A DNA stretch of 64,000 bases from Candidatus Latescibacterota bacterium (GCA_965200315.1 OZ241362.1:3840001-3904000); one strand, 5' to 3'; shown: positions 47,709-58,565, counted from the first letter of the stretch. The notes: generated from the sequence alone by a model not told the origin. Numbers and translations are program-made.

Positions 47709-48608
47709 GTGAGCGAAGCCGTCTCCTATCTCCACCCGGAAACCATCTCGCGCCTCGCGCGCCTCGACCTGATTGCGCGGCTCGTGGTCGAAGGCTTTAT
47801 CACCGGCCTGCACCGCAGCCCGTATCACGGCTTCTCGGTCGAATTCTCCGAGCACCGCCCCTACCTGCCGGGTGACCCTCTGCGCGACCTCGATTGGAAG
47901 GCATACGCCAAGTCTGGCCGCCTGTACGTCAAACAGTACGAAGAGGAAACCAACCTCAAAGCCTATCTGCTGCTCGACGTGTCCGGCTCCATGGACTTTG
48001 CGGCCGGCGCGCCGCTGAGCAAGTTTCGCTACGCGGCCTCTTTGGCGGCCGCCCTGTCTTACCTCATGCTCAAGCAGCGCGACGCGGTCGGCTTGTTGCT
48101 CTACCATCACCAGACCTCAGCATACGTGCCGCCGCGCTCGGTGCAAAGCCACCTCCAAGTGCTCCTCAAGACCATTGACCAAGCAAGGCCACACAGCGAG
48201 ACGAGCATGGCCCCGGCCTTCCACGACCTCGCCGAGCGCATCCGCCGTCGCGGCCTCGTCATCGTGCTGTCCGACCTGCTCGACGCGCCCGACCAAGTCC
48301 TCGAAGGGCTGCGCCACTTCCGCCACCTGCGGCACGAAGTGATCGTCTTCCACCTGCTCGACCCCCGCGAGCGCGACCTCGCCTTCCGCGACCAGACTCG
48401 CTTCTACGCCCTCGAAGCCCCAGACCAAACCCTCACCACCCAGCCTTGGCACATCCAGCACGAATACCGCGCGCTGATGGACGAGCTGATCCAAACCTAT
48501 CGGCTCGGGTGCGCCGAGGCCGGCATCGACTACGCCCTGCTCGACACGGCGACTCCCTTTGACGTGGCCCTATCGCGCTACTTAGCGCAGCGCAAAAAAA
48601 TGGGTTAG
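47709..48608 (+). CDS. DUF58 (VWA-like) MoxR partner
   Basis: G.HRS...G.S.EF.EHR.Y.PGD, D.SGSM, LSD. Confidence 0.93.
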   Translation: MSEAVSYLHPETISRLARLDLIARLVVEGFITGLHRSPYHGFSVEFSEHRPYLPGDPLRDLDWKAYAKSGRLYVKQYEEETNLKAYLLLDVSGSMDFAAGAPLSKFRYAASLAAALSYLMLKQRDAVGLLLYHHQTSAYVPPRSVQSHLQVLLKTIDQARPHSETSMAPAFHDLAERIRRRGLVIVLSDLLDAPDQVLEGLRHFRHLRHEVIVFHLLDPRERDLAFRDQTRFYALEAPDQTLTTQPWHIQHEYRALMDELIQTYRLGCAEAGIDYALLDTATPFDVALSRYLAQRKKMG

Positions 48609-48612
48609 CCGT

Positions 48613-48662
48613 CCTTCGACAAGCTTAGGGGCGCCGCCCTTGGGCTGAGCCGGTCGAAGCCC
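48613..48662. repeat. inverted pair of REP-like family B (CTTCGACAAGCTCAG type)
   Basis: CCTTCGACAAGCTTAGGG ... GGGCTGAGCCGGTCGAAGCCC. Confidence 0.65.
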
Positions 48663-48732
48663 GCCCTGAAACTTGACTTTTTTGTACAGATTTCTAAGTT
48701 CTTGAGACTGCGCATACATACAAGGAGCCACC

Positions 48733-50196
48733 ATGAGCGAAAGCACCCAAACCCTAGAGCAATTTGCCAACCGCGACTACGAGTGGGGATTCGTCACCGA
48801 CGTGGAGGCTGACTCGGCCCCGCCCGGCCTCAACGAAGAGATCATCCGCTTCATCTCCGCCAAAAAGGACGAGCCTGAGTTCATGCTCGAGTGGCGGCTC
48901 AAAGCCTATCGCCGCTGGCTTGCCATGGATGATCCAACGCGCCGCAAAGAGAGCCAGCGCTGGGCCATGGTCCACTATCCCAACATCAACTACCAAGACA
49001 TCGTTTACTACTCGGCCCCCAAGAAGAAACAGCTCGACAGCCTCGACGAGGTTGATCCTGAAATTTTGGCCACCTACCAGAAGCTCGGTATCCCGCTTGA
49101 AGAGCAGAAAATGCTCTCCGGCGTGGCCGTGGACGCCGTCTTCGACAGCGTCTCGGTGGCCACCACGTTCAAGGACAAGCTAGCCGAGTTAGGCATCGTC
49201 TTCTGCTCCATGTCCGAAGCCATCCACAATCACCCCGCGCTCGTGCAAAAGTACCTCGGCTCGGTCGTGCCCTATTCCGACAATTTCTTCGCCACCCTCA
49301 ATTCCGCGGTCTTTACCGACGGCTCCTTCGTGTACGTACCTCCGGGCGTGCGCTGCCCCATGGAGCTATCGACGTACTTCCGCATCAACGCGGCGAACAC
49401 CGGCCAATTCGAGCGCACCTTGGTCATCGCCGACGAAGGGGCGTATGTGTCGTATTTAGAGGGCTGTACGGCGCCCATGCGCGACGAAAACCAGCTCCAC
49501 GCGGCCGTCGTCGAGCTCGTAGCCCTCGGCGATGCGCAGATCAAGTACTCCACCGTGCAGAACTGGTACCCCGGCGATGAAAACGGCAAAGGCGGGATCT
49601 ACAACTTCGTCACCAAGCGCGGTGCCTGTCGCGGCGACCGCTCCAAGATTTCGTGGACCCAAGTCGAGACCGGCTCGGCCATCACCTGGAAGTACCCAAG
49701 CTGCATCCTCCAAGGCGACGACTCGATCGGCGAATTTTACTCGGTGGCCGTCACGTCCAAGCGGCAGCAGGCCGACACCGGTACCAAGATGCACCACATC
49801 GGCAAAAACACCCGCAGCACCATCGTCTCCAAGGGCATTTCGGCCCAGCGCGGCCAAAACACCTATCGCGGCAAGGTCCAAGTGCTCAAAAACGCGACCG
49901 GTGCCCGCAACTTCACCCAGTGCGATTCCATGCTCATCGGCGACCAATGCGGCGCGCATACCTTTCCCTACATCGAGGTGCGCAATCCCACCGCCCACGT
50001 CGAGCACGAGGCTTCTACCTCCAAGATCGGCGAGGACCAAATTTTCTACTGCAACCAGCGCGGAATTTCCACGGAAGACGCCATCTCCATGATCGTCAAC
50101 GGCTTCTGCAAGGAAGTCCTCGCTGAGCTGCCGATGGAATTCGCCGTCGAAGCGCAAAAGCTGCTCGGCATTAGCCTCGAAGGCAGCGTTGGGTAG
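48733..50196 (+). CDS. sufB: Fe-S cluster assembly protein SufB
   Basis: [42 protein letters not shown]. Confidence 0.97.
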   Translation: MSESTQTLEQFANRDYEWGFVTDVEADSAPPGLNEEIIRFISAKKDEPEFMLEWRLKAYRRWLAMDDPTRRKESQRWAMVHYPNINYQDIVYYSAPKKKQLDSLDEVDPEILATYQKLGIPLEEQKMLSGVAVDAVFDSVSVATTFKDKLAELGIVFCSMSEAIHNHPALVQKYLGSVVPYSDNFFATLNSAVFTDGSFVYVPPGVRCPMELSTYFRINAANTGQFERTLVIADEGAYVSYLEGCTAPMRDENQLHAAVVELVALGDAQIKYSTVQNWYPGDENGKGGIYNFVTKRGACRGDRSKISWTQVETGSAITWKYPSCILQGDDSIGEFYSVAVTSKRQQADTGTKMHHIGKNTRSTIVSKGISAQRGQNTYRGKVQVLKNATGARNFTQCDSMLIGDQCGAHTFPYIEVRNPTAHVEHEASTSKIGEDQIFYCNQRGISTEDAISMIVNGFCKEVLAELPMEFAVEAQKLLGISLEGSVG

Positions 50197-50264
50197 ATAA
50201 GTCAGAACGAACTCACCTAGTTCGTCGCAGATATCCCTTGACCAAAACAGTACGAGGTTGAACC

Positions 50265-51287
50265 ATGTCTAGCACCATCCCGTACCAAGAGCACACCACC
50301 GAATCAGTCGATCTAGCAGAGGCAGGGGTGCCCACCATTATGTTGCCCAATGGCGAGCGGTTGGAGTTTCCCGGCTGCCGCGCCTACAAGATGTCCCTAT
50401 CCGAACTGGAAGAGTACGAGGGCCGATACGAGTATTGGTATGGTCCCACCGAAACCCTCATCGTCGTGGCCGAGGAACCCAGAGTTAGCGGGGACCACGA
50501 ACTGCCCGCGTCCTATCTGATGCAACTAGTTCAACAAATTGCCGACGAGTGCGGGGCGCACTTTGTCCCCTTTGGCACGGTCAGCATCTGGGATGCAAAT
50601 GCCGAAGGCGTCCCCCGGGTCGTCCTGCGTCCCGATCAATGCCTTTACTTGCGTCCCGAGTCGGCGCGATTGCCCGCAAAGGACGGGTTGAAGTTGGGCT
50701 TTCACACCTTGCCCGATGTGGTGTTGGAAGTCGATCACACGACCGACATTCGGCGGGGGAAGCTGCATCAGTACGCGTTGTGGGGCTTTCCCGAAGTGTG
50801 GGTCGAAGTCCCCGAGGCGTACACGCCTAGCCGACGGGCCGGCAAGCCTCGACTGACGATCTATGTATTGGAAGGCAGGCAATATCGCGAGGTCGCGGCG
50901 AGCCGGGCGTTGGCGGGTTGGACGGCGAAAGAAATACACCGGGCACTCAACGAGCGGTTGAGGTGGTCGTCGGAGACGACAGCGGCACTGTTGAGGGTGG
51001 CGCGGGCGCTAACGGCGCGTTTGGGCACGGCTGGGCCTGAAGGTACGCCGCGCTTGCGAATGCACCGTGAAGAAGGCCGTGAAGAAGGCCGTGAAGAAGG
51101 CCGTGAAGAAGGTAAGCGGGCTTTGTGCTATCAAGCAGCACTGCGGTTTGGCGAGGATGTGGCCAAGGATTTGGCGTCATTGCTCGCAGGCGTGTCGGGT
51201 GAAAACCTGACGCATGTGGGCGGCTGGATCGTAACATCCCACAGTGGCGATGAACTACTCAGCCGAGTGCGAGAGAATAGGGCCTAG
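50265..51287 (+). CDS. Uma2/DUF820-family PD-(D/E)xK-like protein with REEG repeats and DUF4351-like tail
   Basis: PDQCLY, PDVVLEVD, K...Y...G.PEVW; 12-bp CCGTGAAGAAGG x4 at 51065-51112. Confidence 0.82.
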   Translation: MSSTIPYQEHTTESVDLAEAGVPTIMLPNGERLEFPGCRAYKMSLSELEEYEGRYEYWYGPTETLIVVAEEPRVSGDHELPASYLMQLVQQIADECGAHFVPFGTVSIWDANAEGVPRVVLRPDQCLYLRPESARLPAKDGLKLGFHTLPDVVLEVDHTTDIRRGKLHQYALWGFPEVWVEVPEAYTPSRRAGKPRLTIYVLEGRQYREVAASRALAGWTAKEIHRALNERLRWSSETTAALLRVARALTARLGTAGPEGTPRLRMHREEGREEGREEGREEGKRALCYQAALRFGEDVAKDLASLLAGVSGENLTHVGGWIVTSHSGDELLSRVRENRA

Positions 51288-51331
51288 CTTGGCATTGATT
51301 TTGAATAAATGCTGTGAAATGGAGACACCCC

Positions 51332-54300
51332 GTGAACACGACCATTGACCGCCCCAATAGAGACGCGCTCAACAAGGCGTTGGACATCTACCGCGACGCC
51401 ATGCGGCCCTTCATCATCCGCACCCTAAAGAGAGTTCGGGGCCAGCAGGTCGAAGATGCGATACGCCGCATCCTAAACGACCGACAGGCCGAGCAGTTCA
51501 GCCAGAATCTGAATAAGAATGGGCACAATGCAGAAGCCTCAATAGATATTGGCGACTTTCCCCACCTGATCAATAGAAAATGGAAAGAGGTCTTCCAACA
51601 GCCGTTCAGAGACGAGAGGGGCGTCCAAAGTGCGCTATGGCTGATAAAGGAAGCACGAGATAAAGCGGCTCATCCTAGCCCACAGGACATCGATACAGAG
51701 TTCGCTAGAACCCACCTGTTTCACATCGCCGATGTGCTCGGCAAAATCAATGCGCCGGAGCAGAAGCAGGCCGTGGAAGCGATTCGGGATCAACTCGCCA
51801 GCCCTACTAGCCAACCCGATACCCCCTCACCAGCACCTGCCAAGAGCCAACCCAAAACGCCGTCATCCCGTCTCGCCCCTTGGCGGACGGTCATCCGTCC
51901 CAACCCTGATGTAGCCCTAGGCAACTTCCAAGAGGCCGAGTTTGCCGCTGACCTTCAACAGGTCCACGACGGACGCGCCGACGCGACTCAATACTGCAAT
52001 CCGGTCAGCTTCTTCAATCATACGTACATCACTCCGGGCATCCGCACTCTGCTAGTGAACACGTTGAAGCGGCTCAGTGGCAACGGGGGCGATCCGGTTA
52101 TCCAGACCAAAACGGGCTTTGGCGGCGGCAAGACGCACAGCCTCATCGCGCTCTATCACCTAGTGAATAGCACCGACGCCTTGACCAATCCGAGCGGAAA
52201 TAGCCAATCCGAGCAAACCCACAACGAGATACACAACATTATAGAAGAGGCCGGGCTGGAGCCAAGCACTGGCGTTCAGGCCCACATCTCCGTGCTCGAC
52301 GGCACGTTTCTTTCGCCCACCGATGCAGCCAAAACCCCAAACGGCGATCCGCTTAATACCCTGTGGGGCGTGATGGCGTACCAACTCGGTCGCCAAGACG
52401 CCTACGACCTAGTCGGCCAAGCAGCGCGGCAAGGGACCGCGCCCGGCGGCGCTCAGCTCGACCAGCTATTCGCACACGTCGGGCCGTGCGTCATCCTCAT
52501 CGACGAGCTTGTGGCATATATCCGCAACGCCGGAAGCGCACAGGATAGCATCTTAACTTTCGTTCAGGCCCTCACCCAAGCAGTCCGTAGAAACAGCAAC
52601 ACGGCTCTTGTAGTAACCCTGCCCGAAAGCAATGTCGAGGCGGGAAGCGAGGCCGGTATGGCGGCCCTCAATCGGCTTGAGCACCTGTTGGGGCGTATTG
52701 AGGCTGTGTGGGAACCCCTTGAGACTAACGAAGCATTTGAGGTGGTGCGCCGCAGATTGTTCGGGAATGACATCGACGAGGCCGCCAGGGATCGCACCTG
52801 TGAAGCCTTCGCCGCTATGTACAGTAGGGCAAGAAACGAGTACCCCCGCGAGGTCGGCGAGCAGCACTACCTCGAGCGGCTGCGAGCCTGCTACCCCATC
52901 CACCCAGAGATTTTCGACCGCCTCTATTTGGATTGGTCTTCTATTACCCAGTTCCAGCGCACGCGCGGGGTCCTGCGGATGATGGCCAACTGCGTCAGCC
53001 GTCTGTTTTTGGACAATGATCCTTCCCCGCTGATCATGCCAGCCAATCTGACCTTGAGCGATACGGCATTGGCCAACGAGTTTGTCCGGCTGCTTGGTAG
53101 CCAATGGGGCCCCGTCCTGTCAGAAATAGATAGCAACAACTCCAAGACCGACAACATCGACCGCACATCCCAGCGATTCGGCGAGGTCGGCGGGGCCGCC
53201 CGGCGCATAGCGCGCACAATTTTCCTCGGCAGCTCTGGCAGCGGGGCCGTCAAAGGCATTGATGACCGTCAGATCCGCCTCGGGGTGGTCCAGCCTAAAC
53301 ACGGCGTCTCGGTGTACAATGATGCTCTCAGCAAAATTAGCGGCGGTCTCTACTACCTTTATAGTAGTGAGGGGCGGTACTACTTTCACGCTGAAGAAAA
53401 CCTCAACAAGGTCGCCACCGATCGCGCCGCGGCCCTGAGCGGAAGAGCCATTAACGATCACATAGTCGCGCAGTTGCAAGAGGCAGTCGGACGACGATCA
53501 GACGTTATTGTCTGCCCAGCTAACTCCGGGGATGTACCCGACGCGGATGCAGTACGCCTCGTACTTTTGCTCCCTGATATGTCCCTGCCGAGTCGAGCCA
53601 GCGAGAAAGACGACGCCGAGCTAGAAGTGCAGCAGATACTACAGTACTGCGGTGACAACCCCCGAGTTCGCCGGAATACCTTGCTCTTTCTAGCGGCGAG
53701 AAAAGACGAGGTTCGCGATCTGAACAACAGGGTTAAGACGTTCCTCGCGTGGCATTCCATCGTCAACGGTGAGCGCCGAATCGAAAACCTCTCAGGCGAC
53801 CGTCTTAAACAGGCTCAGAGCAGTCTCTCGACGGTAGAAACAGAAGTGCGATCTGCCTTAGTCAGAGCCTATCGCTGGGCCATCGCCCCGGTCCAAGACG
53901 ACCCCCAGCAGGCTGAATACCGCTTGGTTGTCTCTCAAATTGACGCCACAGATGGTGAGATCATCAACAATGCCTTCGACAAGTTCATTGGAGACGAGGC
54001 TCTCGTAGAGAACATAAGCCCTTCGGCACTAGCTACCATGTTGAAGCAGTACGTATGGAACAATCCCAACCATCGAGACCACATTAGCATAGATATCTTG
54101 TGGGATATAATGACCCGCTATATGTACATGCACCGTCTGCGGAGCAGAAAGGTCCTCCAACATTGTATCGACCAAGGTGTGCCCGACGGGGCTTTCGGCT
54201 ACGCCGAGTCCTACGCTGACGATCAGTACAAGGGGATGCGCTTCCGCGAGCCGATAAACGGCTCGGCATCTACTGCGAGCGAGCGCAGCACCACGCTTTT

Positions 54301-54691
54301 GGTCAATCCCGAGATGGCAGCACTTGTAAAGGAGGAAGGAGCAACGCCAGAGAGGCAGTCAGCGCAAGGGCTACCGCCGGATGATATGCCTACCGAGCAA
54401 TCGTCCGCAGCCGCAGACGAGTCAGCACCGCATAGCCCCACACGCATCGTCGCCAGCAAGATAGCCGCAGACGACGTGTCGCTGGACGACTTCAACCTGT
54501 TGCGCGAGGAAATTATCCGCACCTTGCGCGACGGTGGCGGCACAGTGACCGTTACCATCACCATCGCGGCGGACAACACCGATAGCTTTTCCGCAAGCAC
54601 GGTCCGCGCCGTGTGCGAAAACGGCCATCAGTTGGGCGTCAGCGTTCAAACGGGGGATCAAGCAGTTGCTGCACACCACCATACCACCTAG
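51332..54691 (+). CDS. Swt1-like HEPN fused to DUF499 AAA+ ATPase
   Basis: N-terminal RDKAAH (RX4H); PWR....P..DV..G.F...EFAADL, Walker A GFGGGKTH, Walker B LIDE, YPIHPE, FQRTRGVLR. Confidence 0.88.
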   Translation: MNTTIDRPNRDALNKALDIYRDAMRPFIIRTLKRVRGQQVEDAIRRILNDRQAEQFSQNLNKNGHNAEASIDIGDFPHLINRKWKEVFQQPFRDERGVQSALWLIKEARDKAAHPSPQDIDTEFARTHLFHIADVLGKINAPEQKQAVEAIRDQLASPTSQPDTPSPAPAKSQPKTPSSRLAPWRTVIRPNPDVALGNFQEAEFAADLQQVHDGRADATQYCNPVSFFNHTYITPGIRTLLVNTLKRLSGNGGDPVIQTKTGFGGGKTHSLIALYHLVNSTDALTNPSGNSQSEQTHNEIHNIIEEAGLEPSTGVQAHISVLDGTFLSPTDAAKTPNGDPLNTLWGVMAYQLGRQDAYDLVGQAARQGTAPGGAQLDQLFAHVGPCVILIDELVAYIRNAGSAQDSILTFVQALTQAVRRNSNTALVVTLPESNVEAGSEAGMAALNRLEHLLGRIEAVWEPLETNEAFEVVRRRLFGNDIDEAARDRTCEAFAAMYSRARNEYPREVGEQHYLERLRACYPIHPEIFDRLYLDWSSITQFQRTRGVLRMMANCVSRLFLDNDPSPLIMPANLTLSDTALANEFVRLLGSQWGPVLSEIDSNNSKTDNIDRTSQRFGEVGGAARRIARTIFLGSSGSGAVKGIDDRQIRLGVVQPKHGVSVYNDALSKISGGLYYLYSSEGRYYFHAEENLNKVATDRAAALSGRAINDHIVAQLQEAVGRRSDVIVCPANSGDVPDADAVRLVLLLPDMSLPSRASEKDDAELEVQQILQYCGDNPRVRRNTLLFLAARKDEVRDLNNRVKTFLAWHSIVNGERRIENLSGDRLKQAQSSLSTVETEVRSALVRAYRWAIAPVQDDPQQAEYRLVVSQIDATDGEIINNAFDKFIGDEALVENISPSALATMLKQYVWNNPNHRDHISIDILWDIMTRYMYMHRLRSRKVLQHCIDQGVPDGAFGYAESYADDQYKGMRFREPINGSASTASERSTTLLVNPEMAALVKEEGATPERQSAQGLPPDDMPTEQSSAAADESAPHSPTRIVASKIAADDVSLDDFNLLREEIIRTLRDGGGTVTVTITIAADNTDSFSASTVRAVCENGHQLGVSVQTGDQAVAAHHHTT

Positions 54692-54806
54692 GCACAGCTC
54701 AACGCACCAAGAGCGAACAAACTCGTTGGGGCGCAATGGGACGATATGAGATCTGGCAAGATCATTCCGCCGCAATCGCCGACTGCTGTAGAGGGCCCAA
54801 CCTGTC

Positions 54807-55709
54807 ATGGCCGATATTGACACCATTTCCAAGCGTCTGATCCAAGCCTACCCGGCTGACTTCGTCCGCTTCAGCCTCAAGCGAGACGATGTTGAATTCG
54901 TCGAAGTCCTCGACACCGAGCTGCCCACGGTCGAAGCCCGCCGCGCCGACAGCCTCATTCTGGTCCGCAGCCACGGCGAGAAGGTCTTAGTCCACACCGA
55001 GTTTCAGACCACCGACCACACCAACCCACCTATGCCCCGCCGCATGGCCGGCTACATCGGCCGGATTATTGAGCACTACGGTCTGCCGGTATGGGCCCAC
55101 GTTATCTACCTGCGTCCCGAGGCTGGTCGGCGCGACCCGGGGCACTACATACAGGAGCACACTAGCTACCAAGTGACCGTGCGCTACCAAGTGATTCGGC
55201 TCGTTGAGTTGGAAGGCCAAAGCGTCTTCGCCGCGTCGGCGTGGGGTCTGCTTCCGTTTGCGCCGCTGATGCAGCCGCCGGCCGGGCTGACGGCGGAGGC
55301 GTGGTTGCAGCAGTGCGTTCAAGCAGCCCACGCACTGCCGATGGGCCGGTCCGACAAAGCCGACTTTCTCGCGGGTCTGACGCTTTTAGGCGGACTGGCG
55401 TACGAACCGCAGACCATTAGAACTATCATTTCCAAGGAGAACCTCATGGACCTCATCCGCGAATCTTCCTTTGCCCAATATCTCACTCAACAGGGCATCG
55501 AACAGGGCATCGAACAGGGCGAAAGAAAGCGGGCTGTCAAAGACATTCTCGACGTGTTGGTCCTTCGATTCCAGCCAGCCGCCGCAGAGACCGCGGCCAA
55601 CCGTTTAGTCGCCATCGACGATTTGCAGCAGCTCGAGCAGTTGCTATCCGCCGCCATACAAGCGAACAGCATAGACGAATTCTGCGAGCGGTTAGAAGCC
55701 TGCGGATAA
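54807..55709 (+). CDS. Rpn/YhgA-like PD-(D/E)xK nuclease
   Basis: D...K.L, RADSL, H.EFQ, MP.RM..Y; GIEQGIEQG repeats before a C-terminal helical domain. Confidence 0.85.
   Translation: MADIDTISKRLIQAYPADFVRFSLKRDDVEFVEVLDTELPTVEARRADSLILVRSHGEKVLVHTEFQTTDHTNPPMPRRMAGYIGRIIEHYGLPVWAHVIYLRPEAGRRDPGHYIQEHTSYQVTVRYQVIRLVELEGQSVFAASAWGLLPFAPLMQPPAGLTAEAWLQQCVQAAHALPMGRSDKADFLAGLTLLGGLAYEPQTIRTIISKENLMDLIRESSFAQYLTQQGIEQGIEQGERKRAVKDILDVLVLRFQPAAAETAANRLVAIDDLQQLEQLLSAAIQANSIDEFCERLEACG
55446..55709 (+). CDS. candidate internally translated small Rpn antitoxin (87 aa)
   Basis: AAGGAG Shine-Dalgarno 6 nt before an in-frame ATG (55446) that precedes the GIEQ repeats. Confidence 0.6.
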   Translation: MDLIRESSFAQYLTQQGIEQGIEQGERKRAVKDILDVLVLRFQPAAAETAANRLVAIDDLQQLEQLLSAAIQANSIDEFCERLEACG

Positions 55710-55754
55710 AAGGCTTTCTTCGCGTCTTCGCCCCCTTGCTCAAACAAAAAGGCC

Positions 55755-58565
55755 ATGAACTACCGCCGCAAACTCATCGAGATTGACCTGCCGCTCGACG
55801 CCATCAACGCCGAGTCGGCCCGCGAGAAGTCCATTCGGCACGGCCATCCTTCGACTTTGCACTTGTGGTGGGCGCGGCGTCCGTTGGCGGCTTGCCGTGC
55901 CGTTATTTTTGCCAGCATGGTGGACGACCCGGCCGATTGCCCCGAGTTCGCCACTGATGCGGAGAAACGCGCCGAGCGCGGGCGGCTCCACGACATCATT
56001 CGGCGACTTGTCCGATGGGAGAACACGGACGAAAGTAAAACCGCAGGCAGGGAACTCTGGGCGGAAGCGCGATACGAAATTGCTCGCTCCGTGGCGCGTA
56101 CACGCGGCGAAACCGCGCCCACCGATCCGGCGGAAGTGCTGCGCTATCTCAACGACAATGTCCGACCAATCTACGACCCCTTCGCTGGCGGCGGCTCCAT
56201 ACCCCTAGAAGCGCAACGGCTTGGGCTGCGGGCGGTCGCCTCTGACCTTAACCCGGTCGCCGTGCTCATCAACAAGGCCCTTCTCGAATTGCCGCCCAAA
56301 TTCAAGGGCCGCCCGCCCGTCAACCCCGATGCGGACCCCATGGCAATGACCGTCGGTAAGGGCAAGCAGCAACAGCGTCTCCCTTGGCGCGGCGCAGCGG
56401 GACTAGCCGACGACATCCGCTACTACGGGCGTTGGCTGCGCGAGGCGGCGTTTGAGCGGATCGGCCATCTTTATCCGCAGGTGAAACTGCCCGATGGTAG
56501 CGACGCTACCGTAATTGCGTGGCTTTGGGCGCGAACCGTTCCCTGTCCGAATCCGGCGTGTGGCATCGCCATGCCGCTAATGGCCACGTTCCAACTGTCA
56601 AAAAAGAAAGGCAACGAACACTGGATCAAACCCGTCATTGACCGCGAAAAAAGCAGCATCTCTTTTGTGGTACAGAACCACACTGACGGTGTCCCCGAAA
56701 GCGGCACAGTAAACAGAAACGGCGCGACCTGTCTCGGCTGCGGCAACACGGTAAAACTGCCCTACGTGCGTGAGCAAGGACGAGCAGGTAACATAGGCGA
56801 GCAAATGACGGCGATTGTCGCCGAGGGAAACCGCAAGCGGCTGTTCCTGTCGCCTACCGACGAACATATCCAAGCCGCTCAGGAAGCTACCCCCGCTTGG
56901 CGGCCTAGCGGAAGTCTGCCTGAGCGGGCATTGAGCATTCGTGCACAGATTTACGGGTTCACGGAATGGTACAAACTTTTCACTGAACGTCAGCTAACCG
57001 CGCTGACCACGTTCAGCGATTTGCTGCCAGAAGTTCGTAGATTGATTCTGGAACACGGAGCGTCTGTGGAATATGCCGATGCGATTTGCACGTATCTTGG
57101 ACTTGCTGTTGGCAGGACTGCCGCAAGTGGTTGCAGCTTTGCTAGATGGGGTAGTTCCCGTGATATTGTCGCCGGGGTTTTCGGAAGACAAGGAATTGGG
57201 ATGATTTGGGATTTCGCCGAAGCTAATATCTTCTCTACTTCAACACAGAACTGGCTGGGCCAGATTGAATGGGTCGCTGAGGCTGTCGAACATCTGCCCT
57301 CCGACGTAAACGGTGGCGAGGCGCATCAGGCCGACGCATCCACCACCATTCACGCGCATAACGGCCCGGTCATCGTCACCGATCCACCCTATTACGACAA
57401 CATACACTATGCTGATTCATCAGACTTTTTCTATGTCTGGCTGCGCCCCTTGCTCCGAGACACCTACCCCGACTTGTTTGCTGGCATACTGACCCCCAAG
57501 AACGAGGAAATGGTTGCCAACCGATTCCGTTTTGAAAATTACAGTCAACAATTTGAGGACCAGCTAAGCAAGACGCTGCGGTTGATACGGGAACGCTGCT
57601 CGGCTGAGTTCCCATCGTCCATTTTCTACGCCTACAAGCAACAGGAGGAAGAGCGTACAGGCAGAGCCTCCACCGGCTGGGAAACCATGTTGAGCGCCAT
57701 CGTCTCGACAGGCTTTCAGATAGTCGGTACTTGGCCGACGCGTACCGAATTAGGCAATCGCCCAAATTCAATGGGTACAAACGCCCTCGCCACCTCCGTC
57801 GTCCTCGTCTGCCGTCCGCGCCCCAAGGATGCGCCCGTTGCCACGCGCCGCCAATTTATCGACGCACTCAATCGAGAACTGCCCGCGGCCCTCAATCAAC
57901 TCACCCGCGAAGGCCACATTGCCCCAACCGATTTAGCGCAAGCTGCCATCGGGCCGGGAATGCAGATTTACTCCCGCTACAGCCGCGTGGAGACCATAAG
58001 CGGCGAGCCGGTGCCGGTACGCGAGGCCTTGGCGGCCATCAACCGCGCCATTGCCGATTACGACGAGCAACAAGAGGGCGATCTGGATTCCGAGAGCCGC
58101 TTCTGCCTCGATTGGCTCAAACAGCACGGCTATTCGGAGGGTGCCTACGGCGACGCCGAGACCTTGTCCCGCGCCAAGAACGTCGCCATCGGCAAGCTAG
58201 CTGACTTCGACCGCCTGCTCACCGCTGAAAGCGGACGTGTAAGACTGCTGCCTCTTGATGAGTTTGGCGACAGTCGCCCCTCAACCCTCGACGGCATGAC
58301 CGCGTGGGAAGGCTGCTTCCGCATGGCGTACCACCTCAACCACGAGCATGGCGGCGGCATCGAAGGCGCGGCGTATGTCGCTCAGGCAATGGGCGGCAAC
58401 GTCGAATCCGTCGAGCGGCTAGCGCGCATTCTCTACAACCACTATGACCGCAAAGCCGATTCACCAAACGCGGCCGTCTTCAACAAGCTCGTCTCCGCGT
58501 GGCAAGACATCCTTTCTGCCCTCTCAAGGACGAAAGAAGATGAACAGGGTCAGCTGTTCCAATAA
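55755..58565 (+). CDS. DUF1156-containing adenine DNA methyltransferase
   Basis: LIE..LPL..IN, GHP.TLHLWWARRPL, DPFAGGGSIPLE, CPNPAC...CLGC, TDPPYYDN. Confidence 0.92.
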   Translation: MNYRRKLIEIDLPLDAINAESAREKSIRHGHPSTLHLWWARRPLAACRAVIFASMVDDPADCPEFATDAEKRAERGRLHDIIRRLVRWENTDESKTAGRELWAEARYEIARSVARTRGETAPTDPAEVLRYLNDNVRPIYDPFAGGGSIPLEAQRLGLRAVASDLNPVAVLINKALLELPPKFKGRPPVNPDADPMAMTVGKGKQQQRLPWRGAAGLADDIRYYGRWLREAAFERIGHLYPQVKLPDGSDATVIAWLWARTVPCPNPACGIAMPLMATFQLSKKKGNEHWIKPVIDREKSSISFVVQNHTDGVPESGTVNRNGATCLGCGNTVKLPYVREQGRAGNIGEQMTAIVAEGNRKRLFLSPTDEHIQAAQEATPAWRPSGSLPERALSIRAQIYGFTEWYKLFTERQLTALTTFSDLLPEVRRLILEHGASVEYADAICTYLGLAVGRTAASGCSFARWGSSRDIVAGVFGRQGIGMIWDFAEANIFSTSTQNWLGQIEWVAEAVEHLPSDVNGGEAHQADASTTIHAHNGPVIVTDPPYYDNIHYADSSDFFYVWLRPLLRDTYPDLFAGILTPKNEEMVANRFRFENYSQQFEDQLSKTLRLIRERCSAEFPSSIFYAYKQQEEERTGRASTGWETMLSAIVSTGFQIVGTWPTRTELGNRPNSMGTNALATSVVLVCRPRPKDAPVATRRQFIDALNRELPAALNQLTREGHIAPTDLAQAAIGPGMQIYSRYSRVETISGEPVPVREALAAINRAIADYDEQQEGDLDSESRFCLDWLKQHGYSEGAYGDAETLSRAKNVAIGKLADFDRLLTAESGRVRLLPLDEFGDSRPSTLDGMTAWEGCFRMAYHLNHEHGGGIEGAAYVAQAMGGNVESVERLARILYNHYDRKADSPNAAVFNKLVSAWQDILSALSRTKEDEQGQLFQ

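Noticed and set aside
48669-48700. AAACTTGACTTTTTTGTACAGATTT as an Rrf2/IscR-type operator before sufB
   Set aside because: The position is plausible but the symmetry is poor; it cannot be separated from a plain -35 element without comparative data.
51065-51112. Tandem repeats as a CRISPR array
   Set aside because: Spacerless in-frame 12-mers; no CRISPR array, cas gene, tRNA or rRNA was recognised in the window.
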